From Pseudomonadota bacterium (lineage in GTDB: Bacteria; Bdellovibrionota; Bdellovibrionia; Bdellovibrionales; SG-bin7): a stretch of DNA of 64,000 nt. Both the position numbers and the translations under genes were made by a program. The stretch is taken from assembly GCA_034439715.1 (NCBI GenBank), contig JAWXAY010000033.1, positions 64,252-128,251 of the forward strand, given 5' to 3'. The stretch's first letter is position 1, and every line of letters starts with the position of its first letter. The notes under the pieces were generated by a model, which saw only the letters and a program-made list of their open reading frames with translations, did not search any database and was not told the DNA's origin. Below are positions 29,160-38,012 of the stretch, piece after piece.

Positions 29160-30017
29160 TTGGGCGCAGCTAAAAAAATCGAAATTAAAAAACCTGATGT
29201 TTTTGGCTACCACGATTATCGTGAGTTTTTACGTGATTTATTTAATTATCTAAAATCTAGGAACAGCGAAAACTCTCAGAGGGGAATTGCAAAGCTAGCC
29301 AGCCTTTCTCCCGGATATTTGCCTTTGGTGCTGTCGGGCGCGAGGTCTCTAACCGAAAAGTCTTTGGATAAAATTCTACCTCATATTGAACTCAAAGATA
29401 ATGAGAAGTCATTTTTGCGATTATTACTAATATTGGGAGAGTCAAAATCACAGACCCATCGCTCTCAGGCCTTAAATCAAATTCAAAAATATCACATCTA
29501 TCAGAATAAAAATCCCAAAGAACTTGAGACCTATCGTTACCTTACAAAGTGGTATATTGTGGCGATTCGCGAGTTGGCAGCTACCGAGAATTTTAAGGCT
29601 GATGCTAAGTGGATACAATCACGCCTGGTTCATCATGTGCCCCTAGTAGATATTGAAAGAGCACTCGAGTTTTTAATTGAATTTAAATTTTTGCATAAGG
29701 GTCAAAAGGGCCAATATGTTTTGGCCCAAAAGAATATGAATTGTTTGGGTGGTGTATTTCAAATTGCGCTTGCTGACTATCATAGAGAAATGTTGAGCTT
29801 GGCTGAGCAGTCAATTGATAAGACTGACAAAGAAAAACGAAACTTACAGGGTTACACTTTTCCGGTAGCACTAGAGAATATTTCGAAAGTAAATAAAATT
29901 ATTGAAGAAGCGTTGGCTAAAATTGCAGACTTAGAAGGTGCGCAAAAAAAATCGGAAGAGGTTTATCATGTTAGTTTTTCGTTATTTCCGCTTACCTCAA
30001 GGGTGGGTCATGAATAA
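29160..30017 (+). CDS. TIGR02147/DUF4423-family HTH protein
   Basis: VFGYHDYREFL, SQRGIA..SPGYL..VLSGARSL HTH, WYIVAIREL, YHREML, VYHVSFSLFPL; TTG start with GGGGG SD-like tract. Confidence 0.85.
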   Translation: MGAAKKIEIKKPDVFGYHDYREFLRDLFNYLKSRNSENSQRGIAKLASLSPGYLPLVLSGARSLTEKSLDKILPHIELKDNEKSFLRLLLILGESKSQTHRSQALNQIQKYHIYQNKNPKELETYRYLTKWYIVAIRELAATENFKADAKWIQSRLVHHVPLVDIERALEFLIEFKFLHKGQKGQYVLAQKNMNCLGGVFQIALADYHREMLSLAEQSIDKTDKEKRNLQGYTFPVALENISKVNKIIEEALAKIADLEGAQKKSEEVYHVSFSLFPLTSRVGHE

Positions 30018-30654
30018 GAAAAATACAATTGTTCTATTTACGCTCTTTAGCCTATTTTCGATTTTGAGTTTTCAAAACTGCGGCGGAGTTTGGAGTGGGT
30101 CGGGTTCATCTCGGGGAACCTCTACTGGAAACCCTTCTTTACATATGTCTTTTGGTTCTTACGCTGAATCGCCTGTACAAAAACTCAGTGCAGTGGCTCG
30201 GACCTCAGAACTTGACGGAGTTTCAGTCATTTTTTGTTTTGCGGGCTTAAAATTTAAAACGATCCAGGACTATGAGGAAACGGGCGACAACGATTCCGAC
30301 AGCCAGATTGTAAAGCCAATTTCTTTTCGGGCTCAAGAAGTATCGATTTCACCATTAGGCACTGATTTGGGATTTATAGAGGTTCCTGCTGAAACCTATC
30401 GCCAGATTGAATTCTTGCTCAACGGGGAAAAATGCGATTCTCAAAAAAGTGTGCAGGTTGTTAATTCCTTTGGCACGTTTAGCACTCAAAATGAAATTAA
30501 ATTAAAGTTTAATGGCACTAAGTCCATAAACATGACCACTGCAGAGTTACAAATGTTGATCGTACCTATCATCCAAGTTCTCTCGACGGTCAGCAATGAT
30601 GCAGAGATTAAAGGAAAACTAGAATCAGTAAATGGATTAATAAAAGAAGAATAA
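30010..30654 (+). CDS. Lipoprotein of unknown function
   Basis: SFQNC lipobox, GTSTGNP linker; overlaps the TIGR02147 stop. Confidence 0.75.
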   Translation: MNKKNTIVLFTLFSLFSILSFQNCGGVWSGSGSSRGTSTGNPSLHMSFGSYAESPVQKLSAVARTSELDGVSVIFCFAGLKFKTIQDYEETGDNDSDSQIVKPISFRAQEVSISPLGTDLGFIEVPAETYRQIEFLLNGEKCDSQKSVQVVNSFGTFSTQNEIKLKFNGTKSINMTTAELQMLIVPIIQVLSTVSNDAEIKGKLESVNGLIKEE

Positions 30655-30719
30655 ATTTTAGAAACAACAAACTGGCTTTAGGTAGCACGTAGTGATTAAA
30701 AGCCAAACTAGGAGGATGT

Positions 30720-31094
30720 ATGAAACGCTATCTAAAGATGATCCAGACGGGATTGGGTCTAATAGTTTTTGCACTGATGTTTAACAACTGTTCTAAAGTA
30801 GGATTTAACAGTGCTAGTTCCACTCCCTCTGCCAAAGGGCAGACAGTGGGTGATCTTGGCATTGAAGGACTTGAAGGCGCCGAAGTTGACCAGAACAAGT
30901 GTGAAGACGAAGATGATGATGATGATGATTCTTGTTATGCCCTCTGTCACGTGCCACCAGGAAATGCCGAAGCCATGCATACAATTTATGTCGGTTTAAA
31001 CGCTTTATCCGCTCATCTAAGTAATCATGTAAGCCATGACGATGATTCGATAAAGGACGAAGCCGGCGAGTGCATTGGTGAAGATGCGGGTTAA
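30720..31094 (+). CDS. Small acidic lipoprotein with a His/Cys CHVPPGN..HTI..AHL module
   Basis: GGAGG SD, MFNNC lipobox, poly-Asp, ALCHVPPGNAEAMHTIYVGLNALSAHLSNH...GEC. Confidence 0.75.
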   Translation: MKRYLKMIQTGLGLIVFALMFNNCSKVGFNSASSTPSAKGQTVGDLGIEGLEGAEVDQNKCEDEDDDDDDSCYALCHVPPGNAEAMHTIYVGLNALSAHLSNHVSHDDDSIKDEAGECIGEDAG

Positions 31095-33197
31095 CTAAAA
31101 GTCGTAATTGCCGGTGAGTGTGAGCATTGCGATCCACTTACTATAATCACTGGCGTCAACACTCGAATCCTGCATGGTGTAGGCGAGTGTTCCACCCGAA
31201 GTGAAATTCTCGTTTAATTTTTTGCTGAGCCCTGTTGTTAGCGTGGTATTTTTATCCGTCTGCGCGGGGCTTTTTCTTGAATAGTTCGCCACGTACAGTC
31301 CTAACTGACTAAACCAAATAGTTTCCCACTTCCAGGGTTGGGTATAACCCAGTTTGGCATCATATCGAGAGTAGAAAAAGTCGTTTCCTTGAGAACTGTT
31401 AATTGTGTATCCCAATTCGTAGTTGTACATTTTTTTTCGTTCTTTATCGATAAAGCGAAGTTGGTTGGTCGAAAGCGCGGTTTTCATGGCACTGGAGTCA
31501 GTCGTTGTGGGAGAAGTATCTTTTCGAATGCTGAGTGCCACGCTTGAAAATCTTCTCTCGTCTAGTACTGTGGTGTTGTTAATTCCTAAAATAGTCGAAG
31601 CTAAGAGTCTCTCTGACCAACCGATGCCATCAGAATTCATATTTAGAGTTTCATAAGCTGGTGTGACCTCCAATTTATTACCAAGGCCGGCCAACATGCC
31701 TTTATACACATATGGAAAGCTTATATTTGTGATCGTCGGGTCCGCAGAAGTAAAATCAGAGTCTGCCGAGTAGAGGTAAAGGGTAGAAACCTTGGTGCTG
31801 AATTCCTTATCTTTTTCAAATATAGGTCTCCATGCAAGTGAGCCTTGAAACATGTAGCGTAGCCCGCCCCCACCTGTAGCAGTACCCTGATCAAGCGCCG
31901 AATCACTCACTAGCAAAATGTTGGAATCGTTCTGTAGACCCAACGTGCCGCTGAGTAAAAACGACTTGGCTTTTTGGGCAGCAAAATAAAGAATGCCCGC
32001 GATTTGTTCGAGATAGCGTTCAGCTTGTTCATCAAGTCGTGGGTCAGCCGAGGTGTCGAGAACTTCTTGAAAAGGGATTTTCGCATCCTCGTATTTGAGT
32101 TCTCCAAAAAGAATGAGTCCTTCATAAAAGGCGGCCGAAGGAGACAGGTTGGGATTTTTTGCAGACTTTACTCCGCGAAACATTTCTAGAGCTTTGCCAT
32201 TTTCTTTTAGCCGATAGTGGTTGAGCGCCAAATAAAAGTCACGTTCGACGGGATCATAGCTGCCAGGGGGGCAGCGGCTTAATATTACAATAGAATCGTT
32301 AAATTTATCATTTCGATAAAGTGTGACGCCGTACTTATAGTAGTAGCTTATGTTTTCAGGATCTAACTCTACACTTTTTTTAAACTTATCTTCAGCAAGC
32401 GGGAATTCATTTTGTTTAAAGTGCTCCAGCGCTTGAGCAGCAAGTTTCGTCGCTTGATCTTTTCGTCGTTTTTTTTCAGCCGCGTTCATTTCGCTTTGTT
32501 TTCGTTTTTGCTCCTCTTGTTTCTGCGCCTCAAGTTGAGCTAAGCGGGCGCGGTCGGCTTCACGAGAGGCCGCTTCTTCAGCAAGTTTTAGGGCTAGCGC
32601 ATTGGCCAGTGCCAGTTGCTCAGCCTCTAACACGGCTCCCGCAGCCTTTAGCGATTTCTCAAGTTGGAGTGAGGGTTTTGCTTCGGCTTGTTCGGCAAAC
32701 TTTTTTTGATCGGCAATGGCTTTTTGGGCCGCTAGTGCTTGTTCCTTTGAGTCAAACACATCCAGCGTTCTGAAAGTTTCAGACTTTCTTGTTATAAAAG
32801 GTTTTCGTTTTAACTGGCCCTTATCTAACTGTGCTTGAAATTTTTTGTACCAGTTGGCTTCTTTCGCCAAGGCTTGAGGGGGAATATAAATTTCGGGCAC
32901 TACTTTCTCTGAATCGGTCCAACCAATAGAATACTTTCCTTTAAATACTGCAGAGTCAGGTGCCGTTTCATCAACAATAATTAAGACGGCCTTGTTGCTG
33001 TTGGCGTCTCGAAAAATGATGGTGGCGGAATCAATTTTTGTGCTTTCTTGATTCCATTGGGTCGAGCCGTAGGTGATTTCTATTACTTGATTGAGACTGA
33101 TCGCTTTACGTTCTTTAGGTTTTTTTTGGGCCTGGGTTTGAATGCTAAATGTGAAGGTTAAAAAAGCAAATGTTAAAAAAAATAGGTGGCGAAGCAT
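31095..33197 (-). CDS. Secreted coiled-coil/TPR protein with C-terminal outer-membrane beta-barrel
   Basis: Signal peptide, TPRs, DSNI motif, alternating beta strands, terminal YDF. Confidence 0.75.
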   Translation of the reverse strand: MLRHLFFLTFAFLTFTFSIQTQAQKKPKERKAISLNQVIEITYGSTQWNQESTKIDSATIIFRDANSNKAVLIIVDETAPDSAVFKGKYSIGWTDSEKVVPEIYIPPQALAKEANWYKKFQAQLDKGQLKRKPFITRKSETFRTLDVFDSKEQALAAQKAIADQKKFAEQAEAKPSLQLEKSLKAAGAVLEAEQLALANALALKLAEEAASREADRARLAQLEAQKQEEQKRKQSEMNAAEKKRRKDQATKLAAQALEHFKQNEFPLAEDKFKKSVELDPENISYYYKYGVTLYRNDKFNDSIVILSRCPPGSYDPVERDFYLALNHYRLKENGKALEMFRGVKSAKNPNLSPSAAFYEGLILFGELKYEDAKIPFQEVLDTSADPRLDEQAERYLEQIAGILYFAAQKAKSFLLSGTLGLQNDSNILLVSDSALDQGTATGGGGLRYMFQGSLAWRPIFEKDKEFSTKVSTLYLYSADSDFTSADPTITNISFPYVYKGMLAGLGNKLEVTPAYETLNMNSDGIGWSERLLASTILGINNTTVLDERRFSSVALSIRKDTSPTTTDSSAMKTALSTNQLRFIDKERKKMYNYELGYTINSSQGNDFFYSRYDAKLGYTQPWKWETIWFSQLGLYVANYSRKSPAQTDKNTTLTTGLSKKLNENFTSGGTLAYTMQDSSVDASDYSKWIAMLTLTGNYDF

Positions 33198-33294
33198 GTT
33201 TCAAAACTCCCATCAAGATGTGAATCTAATTTTTGTCAGCTAATAGAATAAAGGAGTTGAAATTGAAAGGTAAGTAATTTGGCCGCTGAGAGGT

Positions 33295-33324
33295 ACGATG
33301 GACCCAAAGGTCCATCGTTCTTTT
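33295..33324 (+). terminator. Strong hairpin with T-tract on the + strand
   Basis: ACGATGGACC-CAAA-GGTCCATCGT-TCTTTT. Confidence 0.5.
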
Positions 33325-33350
33325 GTCGCTCACTTAGGTATTTGGTCTAG

Positions 33351-34433
33351 TTAGGGTCCACTCGTAACATTGATGAACACCGTAGTTTTTCCATTGGCAA
33401 TAACGCCGTTGCAGTAGTCGCAAGGCGGGGGCAGGTACCCCACGGTCGGCATAGGTGGGGGCAACATCATGCCGGGATCTATCATGGGCATATCGGGTGC
33501 AGGCGGAGGTGGGGGTGGAAGCGCCGCTAAGTCGCCACCACTATATCCCCCTTCAGTTCCCCCGACCACTGGAGGTGCGTTGCCATCAGATGCTGGTTCA
33601 CGCAGACTGTCTCCGGATACTGGAGGTCCATTGGGTCCGTCACCATTGCGCGCTTCTTGCTTAGCCTCGCGTTTTTCTTCCTTAGCTTCGCGTTTTTCTT
33701 CTTTAACTTCGTCTTTTTTATCTTTCTTTTCTTCTTTTTTCTCACCACTGTCAGCTGGAGTACGCGTATCTGGTTTTCCACCCGACTTGTCGGCACTGGA
33801 TTCTTTTTCCATGTTAGCCAACTCGGATTTGGGGACCGCCGCAGGAGGTGCCGGGGGGTTATTGCCCACGCTAGTTGTGGATTGCCCGGGTGCAACGCTT
33901 ACTGAGTTTACAATTGAGTTACCAGGGCCGGACTGACCGACTTCGACTAACCCCTTAAATGTTACGAATTGAGACTCTTTCGTACTCGCATTGAATCCCG
34001 CTAAAAAATCGGTACCGCGAACTCCCGCCACTGCCGCCGGAGTTTTTACATGAAAAGTGCTTTCTTTTCCATCATACTTTTGATTGACCTGACTTCGTAC
34101 TTTTCCGTAGAAAACGTTTATTAAAACGCTTTTTTCATTTTTCTCTGGTTCATAGGTATATTTATCAAGTCGAATTTCTGTTTCAGGAGAAATATTAAGT
34201 TCGTTTTTGTCGACCATGACTAACTTGGCCCGCGAATCCTTTTCGGCAGCAATGGTGTCACTCTCCCTAACCTTACCGCCCACTTTGGCAGGATTAGCCA
34301 CGCCCTTCTTGTCTTTGATGGTGACCTTTCCTTTAACGACAGCAAAGGAACCAACGATTTTATCCGCATATGCGGTCATTGGCGAAAACACCAAAAGACT
34401 AGTAACTAATATCCCAACATACGTGCGTTTCAT
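33351..34433 (-). CDS. Secreted FecR-domain protein with charged and Pro-rich C-terminal region
   Basis: Signal peptide; FHVKTPAAVAGVRGTDF FecR motif; EEKREAK repeats; poly-Pro. Confidence 0.85.
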   Translation of the reverse strand: MKRTYVGILVTSLLVFSPMTAYADKIVGSFAVVKGKVTIKDKKGVANPAKVGGKVRESDTIAAEKDSRAKLVMVDKNELNISPETEIRLDKYTYEPEKNEKSVLINVFYGKVRSQVNQKYDGKESTFHVKTPAAVAGVRGTDFLAGFNASTKESQFVTFKGLVEVGQSGPGNSIVNSVSVAPGQSTTSVGNNPPAPPAAVPKSELANMEKESSADKSGGKPDTRTPADSGEKKEEKKDKKDEVKEEKREAKEEKREAKQEARNGDGPNGPPVSGDSLREPASDGNAPPVVGGTEGGYSGGDLAALPPPPPPAPDMPMIDPGMMLPPPMPTVGYLPPPCDYCNGVIANGKTTVFINVTSGP

Positions 34434-34476
34434 GGACGGCCTCCGAATAATATAAGAGTACTTTTCTTACATATAC

Positions 34477-34504
34477 TTTTCGGACTAACGTCCTAATTCC
34501 TTTA
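34477..34504 (-). promoter_or_regulatory. Putative sigma28 promoter for the FecR/TPR-barrel operon
   Basis: Minus strand TAAA-N16-TCCGAAAA. Confidence 0.5.
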
Positions 34505-34592
34505 AGACTTAAGGCACAATTAAGACGTGATTCTCACTCCTTAACGTATCAAAATTAAAAGCTGTCTCGATATAAGTTGATGGGATTCTTAC

Positions 34593-34609
34593 TGTCTTAT
34601 TTTAAGACA
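34593..34609. promoter_or_regulatory. Perfect 7-3-7 palindrome, candidate transcription-factor site
   Basis: TGTCTTA-TTT-TAAGACA. Confidence 0.5.
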
Positions 34610-34632
34610 TGATTGTGTTATTCATTTGTGCC

Positions 34633-35169
34633 TCACTTCGACTCGCCTAAAATAATCCCTGCGACTTCAGTTAAACTTTTCGCAGTAAAATTAGGCTGGG
34701 GACCGGGATCGTTGTGACGAGAGGGGAGTGCCTGCAGTAAAATAGTCTTCAGACCTACGCGAAGACCCGCTTCGATATCGGTGGTGCGATCACCGACAAC
34801 CCAACTTTGAGTAAGTTCGATGGGGTGGTCTTTTTCCGCTCGTAAAATCATTCCGGGATTTGGTTTACGATCGGGATGATTGCTTTCCGGTAAATGGGGG
34901 CAGAAGTAAATGCCTGCGAATTTTATCCCGTGCTGCATAAAATCATCAGTCATTTTTTTATGAATTAACTCAAGGTTTTTGGGGTCTACTAAGCCACGAG
35001 CAATGCCAGATTGATTGGAAATAATAAAAAGCAAATAGCCAGCATCTGATAGGCGTTTCAGTGCCAAAAAAGTATCCGAAAGATATTCAATTTGCTGAGG
35101 ATCATTAAGATAGACTTTGTCGACTATGAGAGTGTCATCGCGATCAAAAAATACCGCTTTTTTTTTCAT
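34633..35169 (-). CDS. gmhB: D-glycero-D-manno-heptose 1,7-bisphosphate phosphatase (HAD IIIA)
   Basis: AVFFDRDDTL, ISNQSGIARG, FCPH, RKPNPGM, VGDR..DIEAG. Confidence 0.88.
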   Translation of the reverse strand: MKKKAVFFDRDDTLIVDKVYLNDPQQIEYLSDTFLALKRLSDAGYLLFIISNQSGIARGLVDPKNLELIHKKMTDDFMQHGIKFAGIYFCPHLPESNHPDRKPNPGMILRAEKDHPIELTQSWVVGDRTTDIEAGLRVGLKTILLQALPSRHNDPGPQPNFTAKSLTEVAGIILGESK

Positions 35170-36146
35170 TTTTTTGTCCGTACCTGCCGTGATTGCGTTC
35201 GTACTTGGGCTTGCGACTTTGCTAGAGGATGATATTTTTCAACCACCTGAGCTAATTTGTCGAGGCTTAAATGTGTGTATTTTTGTGTAGCCCGAAGGCT
35301 GGTGTGTCCTAAGAGTTCCTGCAGAGTCCTTAAATTTACGCCGCTAGACAATAGGTGTGTGGCATAGCTGTGTCGCAATGAATGGGGATTCAGTGATTTA
35401 ATAAGACCGGCACGCACTCCCACACTTTTAACCATACGGTGAGCTTGCCGAGTGCCAAGTGGTTTTGTGCCAAACACATAGGGCGATTTTTGAGGGATTT
35501 TTTTAAGAAGTGCTAAGGTGTATCCAGGAATCGATACTTTGCGTTCACGGCCACCTTTTCCCATCACCGTAAGAGTACGGCTAATGATGTCGATGTTCTC
35601 CCATATAAGGCCGCAGGCCTCACTGACTCGCAAGCCAGCCCCATAGATGAGGCTAATTAGGATAAGTTCCTGTTTTGTTTTGAGGCCTTTTTTTTCTTTT
35701 TGATTTGTTCTGAGTTCATTTTCTAGAGTTCTGACGAGCGCCAGGACCTCATCAATTGATAAAAAGTGTGGCACCTTTTGAGGTACTTTTGGGCTCTGAA
35801 TCTGAAGAGCCCAATCTTTCTGAGTAAGTTCTTCTTTATATAACCAATGCAAAAAGCTTCTCAAAGAAGCAGACTTTCGATTGCGACTAGCTAGACTAAG
35901 CTTGCCCCAGCGATTTTGGGCACTTCTGCAGTATTCAGGAATTTGGCTTTCACTTATTGTTAAAGTTTCTTTTTTGGAGGCAGATGATTTTAAAAAAGCT
36001 TGCCTCAAATCTAACTGGTATGACCTAGATGTGTGGATCGATTTTGTCTTATGATAACTAAGGTATTTTATATACTTGCCTAGTGCCATTATGACGTCTA
36101 TTTTTTCGTATGAGCGCATATTTTCCTGTGCCATTTTAAAGCCCAA
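35166..36146 (-). CDS. xerC: Tyrosine recombinase XerC-like (exact start uncertain)
   Basis: GLRVSE, GKGGRER, HSLRHSYATHLL, LLGH..TQKYTH catalytic R-K-H-R-H-Y set. Confidence 0.8.
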   Translation of the reverse strand: MGFKMAQENMRSYEKIDVIMALGKYIKYLSYHKTKSIHTSRSYQLDLRQAFLKSSASKKETLTISESQIPEYCRSAQNRWGKLSLASRNRKSASLRSFLHWLYKEELTQKDWALQIQSPKVPQKVPHFLSIDEVLALVRTLENELRTNQKEKKGLKTKQELILISLIYGAGLRVSEACGLIWENIDIISRTLTVMGKGGRERKVSIPGYTLALLKKIPQKSPYVFGTKPLGTRQAHRMVKSVGVRAGLIKSLNPHSLRHSYATHLLSSGVNLRTLQELLGHTSLRATQKYTHLSLDKLAQVVEKYHPLAKSQAQVRTQSRQVRTKK

Positions 36147-36170
36147 CTGAACGTTTTACCCGGTGCGAAA

Positions 36171-36206
36171 TATTTACTTGCAGTAAATAATGCAATGTGT
36201 TAATTT
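36171..36206 (+). promoter_or_regulatory. Sigma70-like promoter overlapped by a 7-5-7 palindrome
   Basis: TATTTAC-TTGCA-GTAAATA; TTGCAG-N17-TAATTT. Confidence 0.45.
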
Positions 36207-36265
36207 TCACTATGTTGGACAGTTAATTAAACTTTTTATCCCCAAACAGGGGTTAAAGACTATAG

Positions 36266-37354
36266 GTGGTACGTGTGTCGAATTTAGATAAGAATGCATT
36301 TTTGCCTCCAAGCTCGGTAAACAAACCGTTAAATGGGGAGCAGTGGCTTATAGCTAATAACAATAAGAGCCCTAATCAAAGCATAGACGAAAAAATTATC
36401 GTTTACAAAGCTGAGATTATGAAACAGGTCATGAATATGGTAGAGCGAGTGGCTCCCTCCACAGCTTCTATTTTGATATTAGGCGAAAGCGGAACGGGCA
36501 AAGAGCTAATCGCCCATCAAATACATGATAAATCAAATCGCAAAAGCAGGCCTTTTGTCGCAATCAATTGCGGTGCACTTCGTGAGAACCTTTTAGAAAG
36601 TGAACTTTTTGGTCACGAAAAAGGCGCTTTCACAGGTGCTTATAATCGCAAAATCGGTTTGGCCGAAGTTGCGTCTGGCGGCACGCTCTTCTTAGATGAA
36701 ATTGGCGAATTAACTCCTGGCATTCAGGCTAAACTTCTTCGCTTTATTCAAGAAGGCGAAATTTACCGAGTGGGCGGTAAAGAGCCCATTAAAGTAGATA
36801 TTCGTTTAGTAAGTGCGACCAATCGCGAGTTGGATGCTGAAGTGGTAAAAGGTAATTTTCGTGAAGATCTATTTTATCGAATCAACACTATCATGATCCA
36901 TGCGCCCCCCTTGCGCAGACGCAAAGAAGACGTCCAGCTATTAGTGGAGTACTTTTTGGCAAAGAATGCGTCTGGCGGCCTTCTTAATCGTGGCCGACAG
37001 ATGAGTGATGAGGCCATGCAGATAATGGGTAAATATGATTGGCCGGGTAATATCCGTGAGCTACAAAACGTATGCGAACGACTTCAGATTCTGTCTGAAG
37101 GGCATATGATAATGCCAGGTGATCTACCGGAGCATATCAAAAATCCTGAGCAAAAAATTGATGTCGATGATTATGATCCTGGGTTCACCCTTTATGAGCT
37201 AGAAAAGCGTTATATTCTAAAAGCACTGCGCTACTTTGAGGGAAATAAAACTCAGGCCGCACAAGCATTAGGTATCACCATTAAGACTCTTTATAATAAA
37301 CTTCATGAGTATGGTGAGTTCGAAAAATTTGCTGTGCATAACAAGCAAGTATAA
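36266..37354 (+). CDS. Sigma54-dependent enhancer-binding protein (AAA+ plus Fis HTH) with no receiver domain
   Basis: GESGTGKE, ESELFGHEKGAFTGA, FLDEIGE, WPGNIREL, GNKTQAAQALGI. Confidence 0.92.
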   Translation: MVRVSNLDKNAFLPPSSVNKPLNGEQWLIANNNKSPNQSIDEKIIVYKAEIMKQVMNMVERVAPSTASILILGESGTGKELIAHQIHDKSNRKSRPFVAINCGALRENLLESELFGHEKGAFTGAYNRKIGLAEVASGGTLFLDEIGELTPGIQAKLLRFIQEGEIYRVGGKEPIKVDIRLVSATNRELDAEVVKGNFREDLFYRINTIMIHAPPLRRRKEDVQLLVEYFLAKNASGGLLNRGRQMSDEAMQIMGKYDWPGNIRELQNVCERLQILSEGHMIMPGDLPEHIKNPEQKIDVDDYDPGFTLYELEKRYILKALRYFEGNKTQAAQALGITIKTLYNKLHEYGEFEKFAVHNKQV

Positions 37355-37375
37355 CTAGGATTTAATTTGCGAAGT

Positions 37376-37409
37376 AAAAAAAAGGTGAACTTTACAGTTC
37401 ACCTTTTTT
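37376..37409. terminator. Bidirectional intrinsic terminator between convergent genes
   Basis: AAAAAAAAGGTGAAC-TTTACA-GTTCACCTTTTTT. Confidence 0.85.
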
Positions 37410-37437
37410 ATTTCTACAACTCTATTTCTACAACGTT

Positions 37438-37824
37438 TTAGAAGTAACCTTCTTCGTCTTCTTCTTCATCCTCTTCGAGGTCTTCAAAAGATTCAACATC
37501 TTCGGGTTCTGGTGCGAATTCATCTTCGCCGCCAGCAACGCCCTCGACTACTTTATCCGCCATATCTCCGGCGTCTTCTGTAAAGGTTCCTGCTCCTGCG
37601 GCAGCAAGATTTGCATAAGGATTGGTAGACTTAGGAGTAGTTATTTTTTTCGCTTTTGATGCCTTTTTTGGGGCCGCGGCTTTTTTCGTGGCTTTCTTAG
37701 TAGGTGTTTTAGCTTTCGCTTTAACTTTTTTAGCAGCTTTTTTAGCTGTCTTTTTAGCACCCTTTTTCTTAGCGGTCTTTTTGCCGACCTTTTTTGTTTT
37801 TTTCTGTCCTTTTTTCTTAGCCAT
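37438..37824 (-). CDS. Histone H1-like basic/acidic bipartite small protein
   Basis: KKxA-repeat Lys-rich N-half, Glu/Asp-rich C-half; GGGAG SD upstream. Confidence 0.75.
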   Translation of the reverse strand: MAKKKGQKKTKKVGKKTAKKKGAKKTAKKAAKKVKAKAKTPTKKATKKAAAPKKASKAKKITTPKSTNPYANLAAAGAGTFTEDAGDMADKVVEGVAGGEDEFAPEPEDVESFEDLEEDEEEDEEGYF

Positions 37825-37941
37825 AACTTACTCCCATTTTTTTAGACAATTATTAATTAACGTCTGTTTTATATTTGTTTAATGTATGTTGCTCAATAAA
37901 ACCAATGTATGTAAACGAGTTTTTACTAATTGGCGCAAAGC

Positions 37942-37976
37942 AAAAACAGGTCCTTTGATAAGTCAAAGAACCTGTT
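37942..37976 (-). terminator. Intrinsic terminator for the 38013-38753 gene
   Basis: AACAGGTCCTTTGA-TAAG-TCAAAGAACCTGTT with an A-run on the left (U-tract on minus). Confidence 0.65.
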
Positions 37977-38012
37977 CAAGTCAAAGCTTAATGTGTCTAA
38001 AAATACGAAGGA

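Noticed and set aside
35166..36146. Tyrosine recombinase as the integrase of a mobile element
   Set aside because: XerC-like size and motifs, overlap with housekeeping gmhB, and no att repeats, tRNA or cargo genes
37410..37434. ATTTCTACAAC repeated twice, resembling the start of a Cas12a CRISPR repeat
   Set aside because: Only two 11-mers 3 nt apart, no spacer-length gap, no cas genes; a small local duplication beside a terminator
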